The notes: generated from the letters alone by a model not told the origin. A stretch of 64,000 bases of DNA from an uncultured delta proteobacterium (GCA_963810935.1 CAWEPK010000008.1:1-64000); one strand, 5' to 3'; counted from the stretch's first letter, positions 38,318-49,020 are shown. Numbers and translations: made by a program.

Positions 38318-38791
38318 TTGGACGAAGGGATATCGATAACGATTGATGCGAGCGTCTCGGAAGTCATCGAGAAAAGAGGCATAAGGCGGGAAGACGTCGT
38401 AATGGTCCTGGCATACGCCCAGGAGACAGGGAATTTCTTCGCAAACGGCTCGGGGGAGCGTCGCCTGGCCTATCGGAAGGCGGAAAAAACGACGTTCTGG
38501 GTTGAATACGCGAGGGAGGGGGACGGGTACAGGGCCCTGTGCGCCTACTCCCATCGTATGGAGATACTGGAAGGGCTCAACATGCCGGCCGGGCCCAGGG
38601 ACGAGAAAATCGATTGGCTCTGCGCCCGGTGCCGTAAGGCCCTGGAGTGGGCCACCGTGAAACTGGCGTACCTGGACGAGACCTTCGCTGCGGACATCCC
38701 TGCCTGCCCCTCCTGCCAGCGTCCCCTCGTGAGCGAGGAGAACGCAGTCGGGAAGATGGCGCTGGCCGAAAAAATGCTGGAAGACAAATAA
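38318..38791 (+). CDS. Small redox protein with two CxxC motifs (DVU_1557-like C-terminus)
   Basis: TFWVEY...AYSHRM, then CARC...CPSC...EKMLEDK. Confidence 0.65.
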   Translation: MDEGISITIDASVSEVIEKRGIRREDVVMVLAYAQETGNFFANGSGERRLAYRKAEKTTFWVEYAREGDGYRALCAYSHRMEILEGLNMPAGPRDEKIDWLCARCRKALEWATVKLAYLDETFAADIPACPSCQRPLVSEENAVGKMALAEKMLEDK

Positions 38792-38804
38792 AGGAGCCGT
38801 TCCG

Positions 38805-39257
38805 ATGGAGCGCGTTATCAATCTCAGCGGAAGAGAAATGGACATCATGGTCCTTACGCATAAAGGCTACTGTTGCAGCCAGGTGATGGCCATCCTCATG
38901 CTGAGGGAGATGGGGCGGGAAAACCCCGACCTCGTAAGGGCCATGGGCGGCCTCTGCTACGGTATCGGGTACTCGGGCGAGATGTGCGGGGCCCTGTCGG
39001 GCGGGGCGTGCCTTATATCCCTCGTTGCAGGCAAGGGCGAAGACGGCGAATCCCCCAAAGAAAAGATGCCCCTCATGCTGAGCGAGCTTGTCGATTGGTT
39101 CAGGGAGAAGGTGCAAGGCCCTTACGGGAGCGCGAAGTGCGACGATATCCTGGGGTCGAATGCCGACAAAAGGCCCTGCATGGCCCTTATCGCGGAAACA
39201 TACGACAAGACAATGTCGATCCTCAAAGCGCATGGGATAGGACCGGCTGCGGCCTGA
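38805..39257 (+). CDS. C-GCAxxG-C-C family putative redox protein
   Basis: GYCCSQ and MCGALSGGAC. Confidence 0.8.
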   Translation: MERVINLSGREMDIMVLTHKGYCCSQVMAILMLREMGRENPDLVRAMGGLCYGIGYSGEMCGALSGGACLISLVAGKGEDGESPKEKMPLMLSELVDWFREKVQGPYGSAKCDDILGSNADKRPCMALIAETYDKTMSILKAHGIGPAAA

Positions 39258-39327
39258 ACAGTCGTCCACTTTACGTGGTCTGGAGACCGGCCTTATGTTA
39301 CCTTCAGGGGCACCCGAAGGAGCGGAC

Positions 39328-40974
39328 ATGGTAACGCTCGACGAGAACGCGCTGCTAGTCCTTAGTAAAAGGTACCTCGTCAAGGACGAGACAGGGGAGC
39401 CGGTCGAGACGCCGGACGGCCTCTTCCGCCGTGTCGCGGAGCACGTGGCCGCTGTCGAGGACGGCTATCCGTCCGGGCGGCGCCGCGAGATGAGCGACGC
39501 TTTTTACCGGATGATGGCAGATCTCGAATTCCTGCCAAATTCCCCGACGCTCATGAACGCAGGCCGCCCCCTGGGGCAGCTTGCCGCATGCTTTGTCCTG
39601 CCCGTTGAAGACTCCCTCGACTCGATCTTCGACCAGGTAAAGCTGACCGCCAGGATCCACCAGACAGGCGGCGGCACCGGTTTTTCCTTCTCCCGCCTCA
39701 GGCCGAAGAACGACGTGGTGAGGTCCACGACGGGGGTGGCGAGCGGTCCGGTCTCCTTTATAAGGGTCTTTAATTGCGCGACCGGCGTCATGAAGCAGGG
39801 CGGGACGAGGCGGGGCGCCAACATGGGAGTGCTCAGTATCGACCATCCCGACATAGAGGAGTTCATAACGGTCAAGAAGGACCCGGCGGAGCTTACCAAC
39901 TTCAACCTGTCCGTCGCCGTGACGGACGAATTCATGCAGGCATTCGAGGCGGGCCGCGCATTCCCTCTCGTTAATCCCAGGACCGGCAAGGAATCGACGA
40001 AGGTAGACGCACGAGGACTCCTGATGTTGATTGCGGAATCCGCCTGGTCCTCCGGCGAGCCCGGAGTGATCTTTATCGATACGGTCAATAAGGCTAACCC
40101 CACGCCCCGCATAGGAGAGATTGCCGCCACCAACCCCTGCGGAGAGCAGCCGCTTCTGCCCTATGAATCATGCTGCCTTGGGTCTATCGACCTGGCTAAG
40201 ATGGAAAGAGACGGGGACGTGGATTGGGACAGGCTAAAGCGGCTGACGCACCTCGGCGTGCGGTTCCTCGACAACGTGATTGACGCGAGCGTCTATCCGG
40301 CAGAAGAGATCGCCGCCATTACGAGGTCGAACAGGAAGATCGGCTTAGGCGTCATGGGTTTTGCGCACCTGCTGATCCGTCTCGGCATACGGTACGACTC
40401 GGATGAGGCCGAAAAGCTGGGCGGCAAAATAATGGAATTCATCCAGGCGGAGTCGAAGGCAGCGTCCGGTGAGCTTGCGGGGGAGCGCGGCCCGTTCCCT
40501 AATTTTAAGGGGAGCGTGTGGGACAATAAGGGCCTCCCCCAGCGGAACGCAACCACGACCACGGTGGCCCCTACCGGCACACTGAGCATTATCGCAAATA
40601 CGTCGAGCGGCATAGAGCCGATCTACGATGTGGCGTACAGCAGGCTGATCCTCGGCGGGATAGAAGTGCACGTGGACGACCCGCTGTGGCGCAGTATCAA
40701 GGGCCGGCCCGACGCCGCGAACGCTATGGACAGGCTTTTCCGCAAGGCTTACCAGGTAGCCCCCATCGACCACCTGCGGATACAGCGGGCCTTCCAGGAG
40801 CACGTGGACAACGCTGTGTCGAAGACCATCAACCTGCCCGAGACGGCCACGCCGGACGAGGTGCTCGACATCTACGTCCAGGCCCACCGGATGGGCCTGA
40901 AAGGCACTACGATCTTCAGGAACAAAAGCCGCGATTACCAGATACTCTCCTGCGGTACGCACCAGATCTGCTGA
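39328..40974 (+). CDS. nrdJ: Class II (B12-dependent) ribonucleotide reductase, compact form
   Basis: PNSPTLMNAG, QLAACF, ATNPCGEQPL, VAPTGT and NAVSKTIN. Confidence 0.9.
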   Translation: MVTLDENALLVLSKRYLVKDETGEPVETPDGLFRRVAEHVAAVEDGYPSGRRREMSDAFYRMMADLEFLPNSPTLMNAGRPLGQLAACFVLPVEDSLDSIFDQVKLTARIHQTGGGTGFSFSRLRPKNDVVRSTTGVASGPVSFIRVFNCATGVMKQGGTRRGANMGVLSIDHPDIEEFITVKKDPAELTNFNLSVAVTDEFMQAFEAGRAFPLVNPRTGKESTKVDARGLLMLIAESAWSSGEPGVIFIDTVNKANPTPRIGEIAATNPCGEQPLLPYESCCLGSIDLAKMERDGDVDWDRLKRLTHLGVRFLDNVIDASVYPAEEIAAITRSNRKIGLGVMGFAHLLIRLGIRYDSDEAEKLGGKIMEFIQAESKAASGELAGERGPFPNFKGSVWDNKGLPQRNATTTTVAPTGTLSIIANTSSGIEPIYDVAYSRLILGGIEVHVDDPLWRSIKGRPDAANAMDRLFRKAYQVAPIDHLRIQRAFQEHVDNAVSKTINLPETATPDEVLDIYVQAHRMGLKGTTIFRNKSRDYQILSCGTHQIC

Positions 40975-41085
40975 CGAAAGAACCTGCGTAATAATTATAA
41001 GAGATGCCGTCGCGCCGGAGGTGCCTCCGCCTCCGCTTCCCGCTGATCTTGTCTGCCTGAAGCAGGGTACATACATTAGGCGTAA

Positions 41086-41115
41086 CAAAAAAGGGCGGCG
41101 ATGAGCGCCGCTTTT
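41086..41115 (+). terminator. Intrinsic terminator-like hairpin after nrdJ
   Basis: AAAAGG-GCGGCG-ATGAG-CGCCGC-TTTT. Confidence 0.5.
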
Positions 41116-41132
41116 CGTGAAGGAGGCAATCA

Positions 41133-42347
41133 ATGAAGGCAATGGTTTTTGAAGGGATAGGAGACATACAGGTCGAAAACGTGCCGGACCCGAAGATCGA
41201 GCAGCCGACGGACGCCATCGTGCGCCTCACGGCTTCCGCCATCTGCGGGACCGACCTGCACATGGTAAGAGGGACGCTGGGCCACATGAAACCGGGGACT
41301 ATCCTGGGGCACGAGGGCGTGGGCATCGTTGAAGACTTCGGGCCGGGGGTCAGAAACATGAAGAAGGGCGACAGGGTTATAATACCATCCACTATCGCCT
41401 GTGGCTATTGCTCGTACTGCCGGGACAGCTATTACTCGCAATGCGACAACGCCAACCCGAACGGCAGGCTCGCCGGCACCGCCTTCTTCGGGGGGCCGCA
41501 GGAATCGGGGCCGTTCAACGGCTTGCAGGCGGAGTTTGCCAGAGTCCCTTACGCGAACGTCGGGCTCGTAAAGATGCACAACGGCATCGAGGACAGGCAG
41601 GCGATCATGCTCTCCGACATATTCCCTACGGGGTATTTCGGCGCTGACATCGCACAGATCGAGCCGGGCGATACAGTGGCCGTCTTCGGGTGCGGGCCCA
41701 TCGGCCAGTTCGCCATAGCGAGCGCGCTGCTCATGGACGCCGGCCGGATATTCGCGATAGACCATGTACCCTGCCGCCTGCAGATGGCCCTGAACCAGGG
41801 CGCGGAGATCATCAATTTCGAGGAAGAAGACCCTGTGCAGGTGATACGCGATCTGACGGGAGGCATCGGCGTGGACAGGGCCATAGACGCGGTCGGCGTC
41901 GACGCGCAGCGACCCCATCAGGGCCCGGCGGCGTCGAAGGCCCAGGCGGACGAGGCCGAGTTCACGCGGGAATTGAGCGAGATCGCGCCGGAGACGCACC
42001 CCCAGGGCCGGACGTGGGTGCCGGGCGACGCTCCTTCGCTCGCGCTTACGTGGGCGGTAGAGGCGCTCGCAAAAGCGGGCACTCTCTCGGTCATCGGGGT
42101 CTATCCGCAGCCGCTGCGCGCATTCCCGATGGGTGAGGCGATGAACAAGAACCTTACGGTGAACATGGGGAACTGCAACCATCGTAAGTATATCCCCAAG
42201 CTCCTGGAGCTGGTGCAGAACAACACCATAGACCCCTCGAAGATGCTCACCAACGTAGAGCCCCTGACGTCCGCCTCCGACGCGTACAAGTCCTTCGACG
42301 AGCGGCAGCAGGGATGGATCAAGGTGGAGCTGGTGCCTGGGAGGTAA
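41133..42347 (+). CDS. Zn-dependent alcohol/formaldehyde dehydrogenase
   Basis: ICGTDLH, GHEGVG, CGYCSYC, SDIFPTG and GCGPIG. Confidence 0.9.
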   Translation: MKAMVFEGIGDIQVENVPDPKIEQPTDAIVRLTASAICGTDLHMVRGTLGHMKPGTILGHEGVGIVEDFGPGVRNMKKGDRVIIPSTIACGYCSYCRDSYYSQCDNANPNGRLAGTAFFGGPQESGPFNGLQAEFARVPYANVGLVKMHNGIEDRQAIMLSDIFPTGYFGADIAQIEPGDTVAVFGCGPIGQFAIASALLMDAGRIFAIDHVPCRLQMALNQGAEIINFEEEDPVQVIRDLTGGIGVDRAIDAVGVDAQRPHQGPAASKAQADEAEFTRELSEIAPETHPQGRTWVPGDAPSLALTWAVEALAKAGTLSVIGVYPQPLRAFPMGEAMNKNLTVNMGNCNHRKYIPKLLELVQNNTIDPSKMLTNVEPLTSASDAYKSFDERQQGWIKVELVPGR

Positions 42348-42353
42348 CGGACG

Positions 42354-42986
42354 TTATTTTACCGCCCTGACGATGTAGCCGAGGGGGAAGGCGGCGCTGG
42401 CCGGACCGAGCCTCGCAAAAAGCGGGTTCAACAGGTTGAGTGCGACCCGCGACGGCCTGTAGTCGTTATTGGCGATATGCCATGCCGCCTGAAATCCGTT
42501 TCCATGAGGTTCCACGCGAACCTCCGAAAAGGCCGAGCAGAGGGCATTCAGGGAATCGGGCGTGTACCTGTAGTAATCGAACGGGTCGGGATGGTAACGG
42601 TAAATGAAACGGGTAGAGGCGATAAAGACGCCTCCAGGTTTGAGGACCCTGTGGATCTCGGCGATTGCTTTTTGCGGCTCGCGCAGATGTTCGAGGACTT
42701 CGAGGGCCAGCACTGTATCGAATGAGCCATTTGCGGCCGCAATATCGTGGAGGTCGCAGCAGATATCGGGCCTTGCCTCGCCGCAGATATCGAGCGTAAC
42801 GTAGCGGGTGCTTTTTATGAGGCGCCTGTAGGGCGCGTACTTTGCGCCCACGTCGAGAATCCACCCGCCGTCAATCGAGGCGAGCACAGGCGCGAGCCTC
42901 CGCATCAGGCTCGTCCTGACTACGGACGGTATCCGGAGCGTCGGGCAGGCGTCAAAAAGGCTTTTAATCCATTTTTGTCTGGTCAT
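42354..42986 (-). CDS. Class I SAM-dependent methyltransferase
   Basis: ILDVGA, EVLEH and RVLKPGG. Confidence 0.85.
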   Translation of the reverse strand: MTRQKWIKSLFDACPTLRIPSVVRTSLMRRLAPVLASIDGGWILDVGAKYAPYRRLIKSTRYVTLDICGEARPDICCDLHDIAAANGSFDTVLALEVLEHLREPQKAIAEIHRVLKPGGVFIASTRFIYRYHPDPFDYYRYTPDSLNALCSAFSEVRVEPHGNGFQAAWHIANNDYRPSRVALNLLNPLFARLGPASAAFPLGYIVRAVK

Positions 42987-44236
42987 GGCGTACCGGCCGA
43001 AAGCACCCGGTCCATCGTCTCCTTAAGCGTCCGGGACAGGTTGGCGTAGTCGAATTTCTCTATCTCCGCAATCTCCGGGGCATACGGGAGCGTGCCGCTC
43101 TCCTGCCATGGGCATATGCTGCGGCCAATGCGCCTTCCACCTCCGCCTATGCGGCAGGCCGGTATCGTCACACCCGTCCTTGTCTTTTTTATGATGTCGT
43201 CCACGTCGCCGTTTTCTTCGGCGATTGCCAGGACGGGTTTCGCCATGGCGAGATAATAATAGAGCTTATGAGGGACAATTGCCTTGCTGTACGGGGTCTC
43301 GAACATCAGAAGGAGCAGCATGTCGCACCTGCCGACGATCTCGAACGCATCGGCGTGGGGCAGGTTGCCGTGGACGATGACCCGGTCCGCCATCCCCTCA
43401 CTCTGGATGAAATTCCTTGCCTGGAGCGATACCGGGCCGCATATGTGGAGCTTGATCCGGGGATGCGGGGGCGCGCCGGCCAGCCGCTTCAGCGCAAGGA
43501 TAAACTCCTTCCACGGGAAGCCCCTCTTGTCGAAGTATCCCATGTAACCGACGGTGAATTCATCCGTCCTGGCGGTCATAGGCACGGCCCTTTCCCTGCC
43601 GTCGTAGCCGTTTGGTATCACCGTTATCTTGCTTGCGTCGATGCCGAAAGACTCCCGGTAGACGCGCTCATTGCCCATGGTGTTCGCGATGATGTGGTCG
43701 CACCTGTCGTAGACGAGGCGCTCCATCCTTTTGACTATGAGGTCGTGCAGCGGGGTAGGGGGCCGGTAGACGACCTTCTTCGTCGTCCAGAGGTCCTGGA
43801 AATCGGCGATCCAGCGGACGCCCGTCAGCCTGGCGAGAAGCATGCCTGTTATATGTATGCTTTCCGGGGGCGACGTGGTCAGGACGAGGTCGATAGCCTC
43901 TTTTCGTATCATGCGGCAGCCCTTTATGAGGGCGCTCGGCAGCCACGTCACGTAGAGGTCGGGGATGAAGAAGAGGCTTTCGAAATATACGGTCATGGCC
44001 CACGAGTGGAAGAGCTTTGAGAACACGCGGAAGGGGGACTTGCGCATGCAGAGCGTACGCTCAACGCGCAGGCCGTTGGACTTTGGGCCGGACAGGGGCA
44101 ATTCGCGCTGCCGGCCTGTCCTGACAGTCAGGATCACAGGCTCGTAGCCGAGCGCGGGCAGGCGGTGGGCGAATTTGTCCAGACGAAGCCCGCCGCCACC
44201 GGGAAAGTCGTGGGTTACGATCAGGACCTTTCTCAT
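42983..44236 (-). CDS. GT4-family glycosyltransferase
   Basis: TTSPPES, WIADFQDLW, IPNGYD and PHKLYYYL. Confidence 0.85.
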   Translation of the reverse strand: MRKVLIVTHDFPGGGGLRLDKFAHRLPALGYEPVILTVRTGRQRELPLSGPKSNGLRVERTLCMRKSPFRVFSKLFHSWAMTVYFESLFFIPDLYVTWLPSALIKGCRMIRKEAIDLVLTTSPPESIHITGMLLARLTGVRWIADFQDLWTTKKVVYRPPTPLHDLIVKRMERLVYDRCDHIIANTMGNERVYRESFGIDASKITVIPNGYDGRERAVPMTARTDEFTVGYMGYFDKRGFPWKEFILALKRLAGAPPHPRIKLHICGPVSLQARNFIQSEGMADRVIVHGNLPHADAFEIVGRCDMLLLLMFETPYSKAIVPHKLYYYLAMAKPVLAIAEENGDVDDIIKKTRTGVTIPACRIGGGGRRIGRSICPWQESGTLPYAPEIAEIEKFDYANLSRTLKETMDRVLSAGTP

Positions 44237-44456
44237 TGGTCTTGCAATGAGATTAATATTGGTACGTTCTAGTGATTGTCAACTTGCGGGGTAGGGGCGG
44301 CCGGGATCTTTTCGCGGCAAATGCGGGCGACCCGTCGGCGCAGCGTCCTCACGTACCAAATGTGTACGCTCCGGGCGCGCGCTCTCCGGTTCTACGCATT
44401 ACCCACGAAAATCTCTCCGGCCTCAGGCTGTTAAAAAAAACAATGGCCGCCGCTAA

Positions 44457-45621
44457 TCAAATGTCCGGGTTCATCTTAAAGACGGCAAAGTCCCTCTGTC
44501 CGAGCTTTTCTGCCTTAGTCAGCTTGCCCGATGCTACGGCGATGATCTCGTCGAAGATGCGTTTCCCTGCGTGGGCCGGCGTCTCCTTTCCCTGGAGGAG
44601 CCTGTCCATGTCCATGTCCATATTATCGCGCATGGCAAGGAAGGTCTGGTGGTTAGCCGTTATCTTGATGACCGGCGAAATCGGCGATCCGCAGGGTGTG
44701 CCCCTGCCTGTCGTGAACGCGACTATCTGGGCGCCGCCTGCGACCATCCCGGTAAGCTGCTCGATGTCATGGGCCGGGGTGTCCATATAGATGAGGCCCT
44801 TCTTTGACGGCCGCGAGGCGTAGGCGACCAGCTCTTCGAGCCGGGCGGTCCCTGCCTTGTAGATGCAGCCGAGCGATTTTTCTTCCAGGGTCGTGATGCC
44901 GCCCGCGATGTTGCCGGGCGCGGGGTTGCTCTGCCTGATGTTCTGGCCCGACGCAAGAGTTCTCCGTTCCCACCACGCGACCGCTTCGACGATCTGCCTC
45001 GCCACCTTCTTTGTCCGCGCCCTGGCCGCCAGAATGTGCTCCGCGCCGATGATCTCCGGCGTCTCGGAAAGGATCACCGAGCCGCCTTCCGCAATCAGCA
45101 TGTCGCTCGCGAAGCCGAGGGCGGGGTTCGACGCCAGGCCGGAGTCTGTAATCGGACCCTCCGCATTCCGTCCCGAGGAGCAGCTCGCCCGCAGGTATCG
45201 GCCGCCGTTTAAGGGCGGCTGCCTTGCGAAGCATGCCGGCAACGATCTTCCTGCCCTGCGCCGTTGTCTTGCGCGTGCCGCCCGCCTCCTGGATGACGAG
45301 CGTCTCGACCGGTTTGCCGGCCTTTGCGATATCGCCGCCAAGCTCCTGGGCGGACAATTCTTCGCAGCCGTTCCCGACGACGAGGACGGAAAAGACGTTG
45401 GGGTTCATGCCGAAGCCCGAAAGCGTCCGTCGGACGATAGCCCGATCCTCGCCCATCTGGCCGCACCCGAAGATATTGGGCAGGCAGACGACGCCCTTGA
45501 ATCCCCTGGCAATCGACTGGGCGCATACCTGCGAGCAGCCGACGCTCGGGATAACGAGCACGTGGTTCCGCGTCCCCGCACGGCCGTCGCTTCGTTTATA
45601 ACCCTGGAAGGTCGTCGTCAT
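44457..45621 (-). CDS. UxaA/GarD/SuyB-family dehydratase, large subunit; apparent 1-nt insertion near 45146
   Basis: GYKRSDGRAGTRN...GTECGGSD joins SGLASNPALG...LEEKSLG...FTTGRG in another frame. Confidence 0.88.
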
Positions 45622-45908
45622 CGCGCGCCTCCTTTCGGCCCGCTGACGAGGTTGTGGACATGGACGTGCTCGCCCCGCGCAACCTTCGATACGGCCCGCC
45701 CGATGGTCTCGCCGTATTTTATGACCGCCTCGCCCTTCTTGATCGGCCTCAGTGCGAGCTTATGGCCCTTCGGCACGTCCGACACAAGCTGGATATCTTC
45801 AACGCCCCCTTTCAGCTCTACGGAGACGGTCGCCCCTTTTTCGAGGCCGTCGAGGGCGGTCGCCACATTGTCTTTCACGTTGATAACTATTACCTTCGCC
45901 TGTCTCAA
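45618..45908 (-). CDS. UxaA-family SAF-domain small subunit
   Basis: DNVATAL, GHKLAL, KYGETIG and HVHVHN. Confidence 0.88.
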   Translation of the reverse strand: MRQAKVIVINVKDNVATALDGLEKGATVSVELKGGVEDIQLVSDVPKGHKLALRPIKKGEAVIKYGETIGRAVSKVARGEHVHVHNLVSGPKGGAR

Positions 45909-45927
45909 TTCTTCCTCCTTTCAGTAA

Positions 45928-47229
45928 CTACTGCCAGTCGACGATGGGGATGACGAGGCCGCCTGATGGCAGTACTGCGACTTCCGCCTTCGGGTAGGAG
46001 GCCGCGAGCCGCTGCAAGCCTTCGGCAAGCGTGGGTGCATGCTCGAGGCCCATAGCTGCCGCCTCCTCGGGTGATATCATGGTCGAGACTAGGACCGTGC
46101 GGACCTTTTCACGGAGGAAGAAACACGACATTGCCATGTTGAATTCAACGGCCTTATCCGTAAGAAAGGGGCGTCCGGCGGACATTGTCTCCCTTATGTA
46201 TCCGGCCGGGTCCGCGCCCGCGCATTTCTCCGCCACGCTTCTGAATGCCGAAGTGAAGAAATCGGGCACCGGGTGCACGAGTGGCGCGACCAACAGGATG
46301 GCGCCCGTCTGCCTGGTGATCAAGTCCGGCGCGCTTAAGCCCTTTGCAAACTGGTGGCCGTGCGTGTGGGGGTAAGTAGACGCGATCGTGATATCGACCT
46401 TGCCGGGAAAGGGGTGGCCGAGCTTCTCCGCGCAGACTGCGCACGCCGCCTCGAAGGCGCCGTCCAGGCTGCCGCCGATTATGCCGATGATTTCCCCCTC
46501 CTGGTTATAGACGCAGTTGATGGAAAAATCGAGGCCGATGGCATGGGCGACCTTCATGCAATCTTCATGGAAGGGGTTGCCCTTCGTCCTCCCTGCTCTT
46601 GCCCCCGGGTCCACCGTGTTCTTCATGTGGTGGGCCATGATGAAGTCGAAGTTGCAGACGCCCGGCATGAGGATCTTGGGCCCTCCGCCGAAACCGGCCA
46701 TGGGGTGGGGCAGTATGGAACTGAGGCTGATCTTGAAATCTGCCCCTGCTACTACCGGGTTTATCTTTAGCTGTCTGGCGTCGCCCGGTATGGCGATGGG
46801 GACGAGGTCCGCCTGGCTTGCGTTGTGCTGGACTATGCGGTAAGAGGAGACGGTCTCTTTCCCGACTCTGTGCTCCAGCTCTTTCGGGTCGAGGGGCACG
46901 TGGGTGCCGAGGGCGACAACTATCGTGACGCTATCCCTCGGTATTCCTGCGTCGAGAAGGGCCGGCAGCAGGACGCTGAGTATGCCGGCCACCGGGGTAG
47001 GGCGCGTGCCGTCGTCGATGATGACGGCGAATTTCTTCGACCCGGCGCAGGCCTCCCGCAACGGCTTCGAGCCGACAGGCTTTGTCAGCGCGGCCAGCGC
47101 CATCTCATTGACCGGCGCGGCCTCAGCGGGCGGGCTTTCGACGAAGTGGGTCACCTCCCATCCGGGCGGGAGTGTGAAATACTCTTTTTTGCCGGGACCG
47201 GTGCACAGATAGAAACGCTGCTCCATCAT
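45928..47229 (-). CDS. LarA-family nickel-pincer racemase/epimerase
   Basis: DDGTRPTP, ALGTH and PHPMAGFGGGPKILMPG. Confidence 0.85.
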   Translation of the reverse strand: MMEQRFYLCTGPGKKEYFTLPPGWEVTHFVESPPAEAAPVNEMALAALTKPVGSKPLREACAGSKKFAVIIDDGTRPTPVAGILSVLLPALLDAGIPRDSVTIVVALGTHVPLDPKELEHRVGKETVSSYRIVQHNASQADLVPIAIPGDARQLKINPVVAGADFKISLSSILPHPMAGFGGGPKILMPGVCNFDFIMAHHMKNTVDPGARAGRTKGNPFHEDCMKVAHAIGLDFSINCVYNQEGEIIGIIGGSLDGAFEAACAVCAEKLGHPFPGKVDITIASTYPHTHGHQFAKGLSAPDLITRQTGAILLVAPLVHPVPDFFTSAFRSVAEKCAGADPAGYIRETMSAGRPFLTDKAVEFNMAMSCFFLREKVRTVLVSTMISPEEAAAMGLEHAPTLAEGLQRLAASYPKAEVAVLPSGGLVIPIVDWQ

Positions 47230-47341
47230 ACCCTCCCATCGAAGAGTCCTGTTTGCGGGCCTTTGCGAAGACCCGGCCGGCACGCGTGAGCGCCTGGTAC
47301 ACTATAACATGCGTGCGACTATTTTTGTCTGGAATAGTTGC

Positions 47342-47376
47342 AAAAAAAAGCAAAGGCCCTCTGGACGAGGGCCTTT
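47342..47376 (-). terminator. Intrinsic terminator of the csp gene
   Basis: AAAGGCCCTC-GTCCA-GAGGGCCTTT-GC-T8 on the minus strand. Confidence 0.75.
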
Positions 47377-47387
47377 ATCCGGCAGGC

Positions 47388-47588
47388 TTAGACAGGCACT
47401 ACGTTTGTGGCGCGCAAACCCTTCGGCGTCTTTTCGATATCGAACTCAACCGCCTGACCCTCGGTCAGGGATTTGAACCCGCTGCCGCTGATCGACGTGT
47501 GATGAACAAAAACATCTTCGCCGTCTTCCCGGGCAATAAATCCGAAGCCCTTCGAGTCGTTAAACCATTTTACGGTTCCCCTAGGCAT
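47388..47588 (-). CDS. cspA: Cold-shock protein
   Basis: [15 protein letters not shown] and DVFVHH. Confidence 0.95.
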   Translation of the reverse strand: MPRGTVKWFNDSKGFGFIAREDGEDVFVHHTSISGSGFKSLTEGQAVEFDIEKTPKGLRATNVVPV

Positions 47589-47698
47589 CCCCGAACACCT
47601 CCTTTCATAGATTGAAAGGTTACGAAACGCAATAAAAAAAACCGCAAAGGACGTTCGTCTTTGCGGCCTTCATTACGGCAAAAACGTAAACCTGGGTT

Positions 47699-47727
47699 AG
47701 TATGTCACGCGTATTAGGTGTTGTCAA
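47699..47727 (-). promoter_or_regulatory. sigma70 promoter of csp
   Basis: TTGACA-N17-CATACT. Confidence 0.7.
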
Positions 47728-47847
47728 GAAAATTTGTATGGCTTTTTCACAAGGCCGGATTTTCGCTGCTTCCATTTTTCTGATAGAATATTGCGGTCGC
47801 AAATATGTGTTTCGGTAAATACGGTCCAAGGAGAGAACGGGCACGCT

Positions 47848-49020
47848 ATGATAACCTATGAAGACCGGGGAGTTTCGGCAGGCAAGGCAGACGTGAAGGC
47901 GGCAATAAAGGCGGTCGATCCGGGCCTTTTCCCAGGGGCTTTTTGCAAGGCCGTGCCCGACGTTCTGGGAGGCTCTCCCGACCATTGTCTTCTGCTTCAC
48001 GCGGATGGGGCGGGCACGAAGGCGGCGGTCGCCTATATGCATTACCGCCGCCACAAGGACGCCTCCATATTTTATGGTATTGCCCAGGACTCGCTGGTGA
48101 TGAACCTGGACGACCTGGCCTGCGTGGGGGCAAGCGGTCCCTTCGCACTCTCCAATACGATAGGGCGGAATGCAAAGCTGGTCCCCGGCGAGGTGATCGA
48201 GGCGATTGTGACCGGCTACGAGATGCTCGCGCAGAAGCTGAAAGGCTATGGGATAGATATCCACGGCTGCGGCGGCGAGACGGCGGACGTGGGCGACCTG
48301 GTCAGGACCATCATAGTCGATTCGACAATGGCCGTGCGCATGGCGCGGGCAGACTTCGTCGATTGCAGCCGGGTCGCGTGCGGCCACGATATCGTGGGGC
48401 TCGCGTCGAGCGGCCGGGCCGTATATGAAGAGACGTACAACTCAGGAGTAGGCAGCAACGGCTTCACCGCCATGCGCCACGAGGTCCTCGCCGGAAAGTA
48501 CCGTGAGGAATTCCCCGAGACGTACGCGCCGGAGATCGCAGGCATTGCCTACACGGGCAAATGGGACATTGACGACGCCCTGCCGGGGACGCCGATGACT
48601 GTCTGCGAGGCACTCCTTTCCCCGACGCGCACGTACGCGCCGGTCCTCCGGGAGATAATCGGCCGTTACAGGAATGCGATCTCGGCCGTCTTCCACAACA
48701 CGGGCGGGGGGCAGACGAAATGCCTGTCTTTCGGGGAAAACATCAAATACGTGAAAGACAATCTCTTCCCGGTGCCGCCGGTTTTCGCGTTTGTCAGGGA
48801 GCAGACGGGTTTGTCCGAGAGAGAAATGTACAGGGTATTCAACATGGGGCACCGCATCGAGATAGTATGCGAGCCGGTCGTTAGTGCTGCAATCATTGAT
48901 ATATCCGGAAAATTCGGCATCGAGGCGCGCGTGGTCGGACGCACGGAGGTCGGCGACGGCGGAGTCTCGCTCGACGTCATCGCCCCCGGAGGGACCATAA
49001 GCTATCGAAAAAATGGGTGA
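47848..49020 (+). CDS. purM: AIR synthase (phosphoribosylformylglycinamidine cyclo-ligase)
   Basis: YEDRGVSAGK, HADGAGTK, MNLDDL, GGETAD and EMYRVFNMG. Confidence 0.85.
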   Translation: MITYEDRGVSAGKADVKAAIKAVDPGLFPGAFCKAVPDVLGGSPDHCLLLHADGAGTKAAVAYMHYRRHKDASIFYGIAQDSLVMNLDDLACVGASGPFALSNTIGRNAKLVPGEVIEAIVTGYEMLAQKLKGYGIDIHGCGGETADVGDLVRTIIVDSTMAVRMARADFVDCSRVACGHDIVGLASSGRAVYEETYNSGVGSNGFTAMRHEVLAGKYREEFPETYAPEIAGIAYTGKWDIDDALPGTPMTVCEALLSPTRTYAPVLREIIGRYRNAISAVFHNTGGGQTKCLSFGENIKYVKDNLFPVPPVFAFVREQTGLSEREMYRVFNMGHRIEIVCEPVVSAAIIDISGKFGIEARVVGRTEVGDGGVSLDVIAPGGTISYRKNG

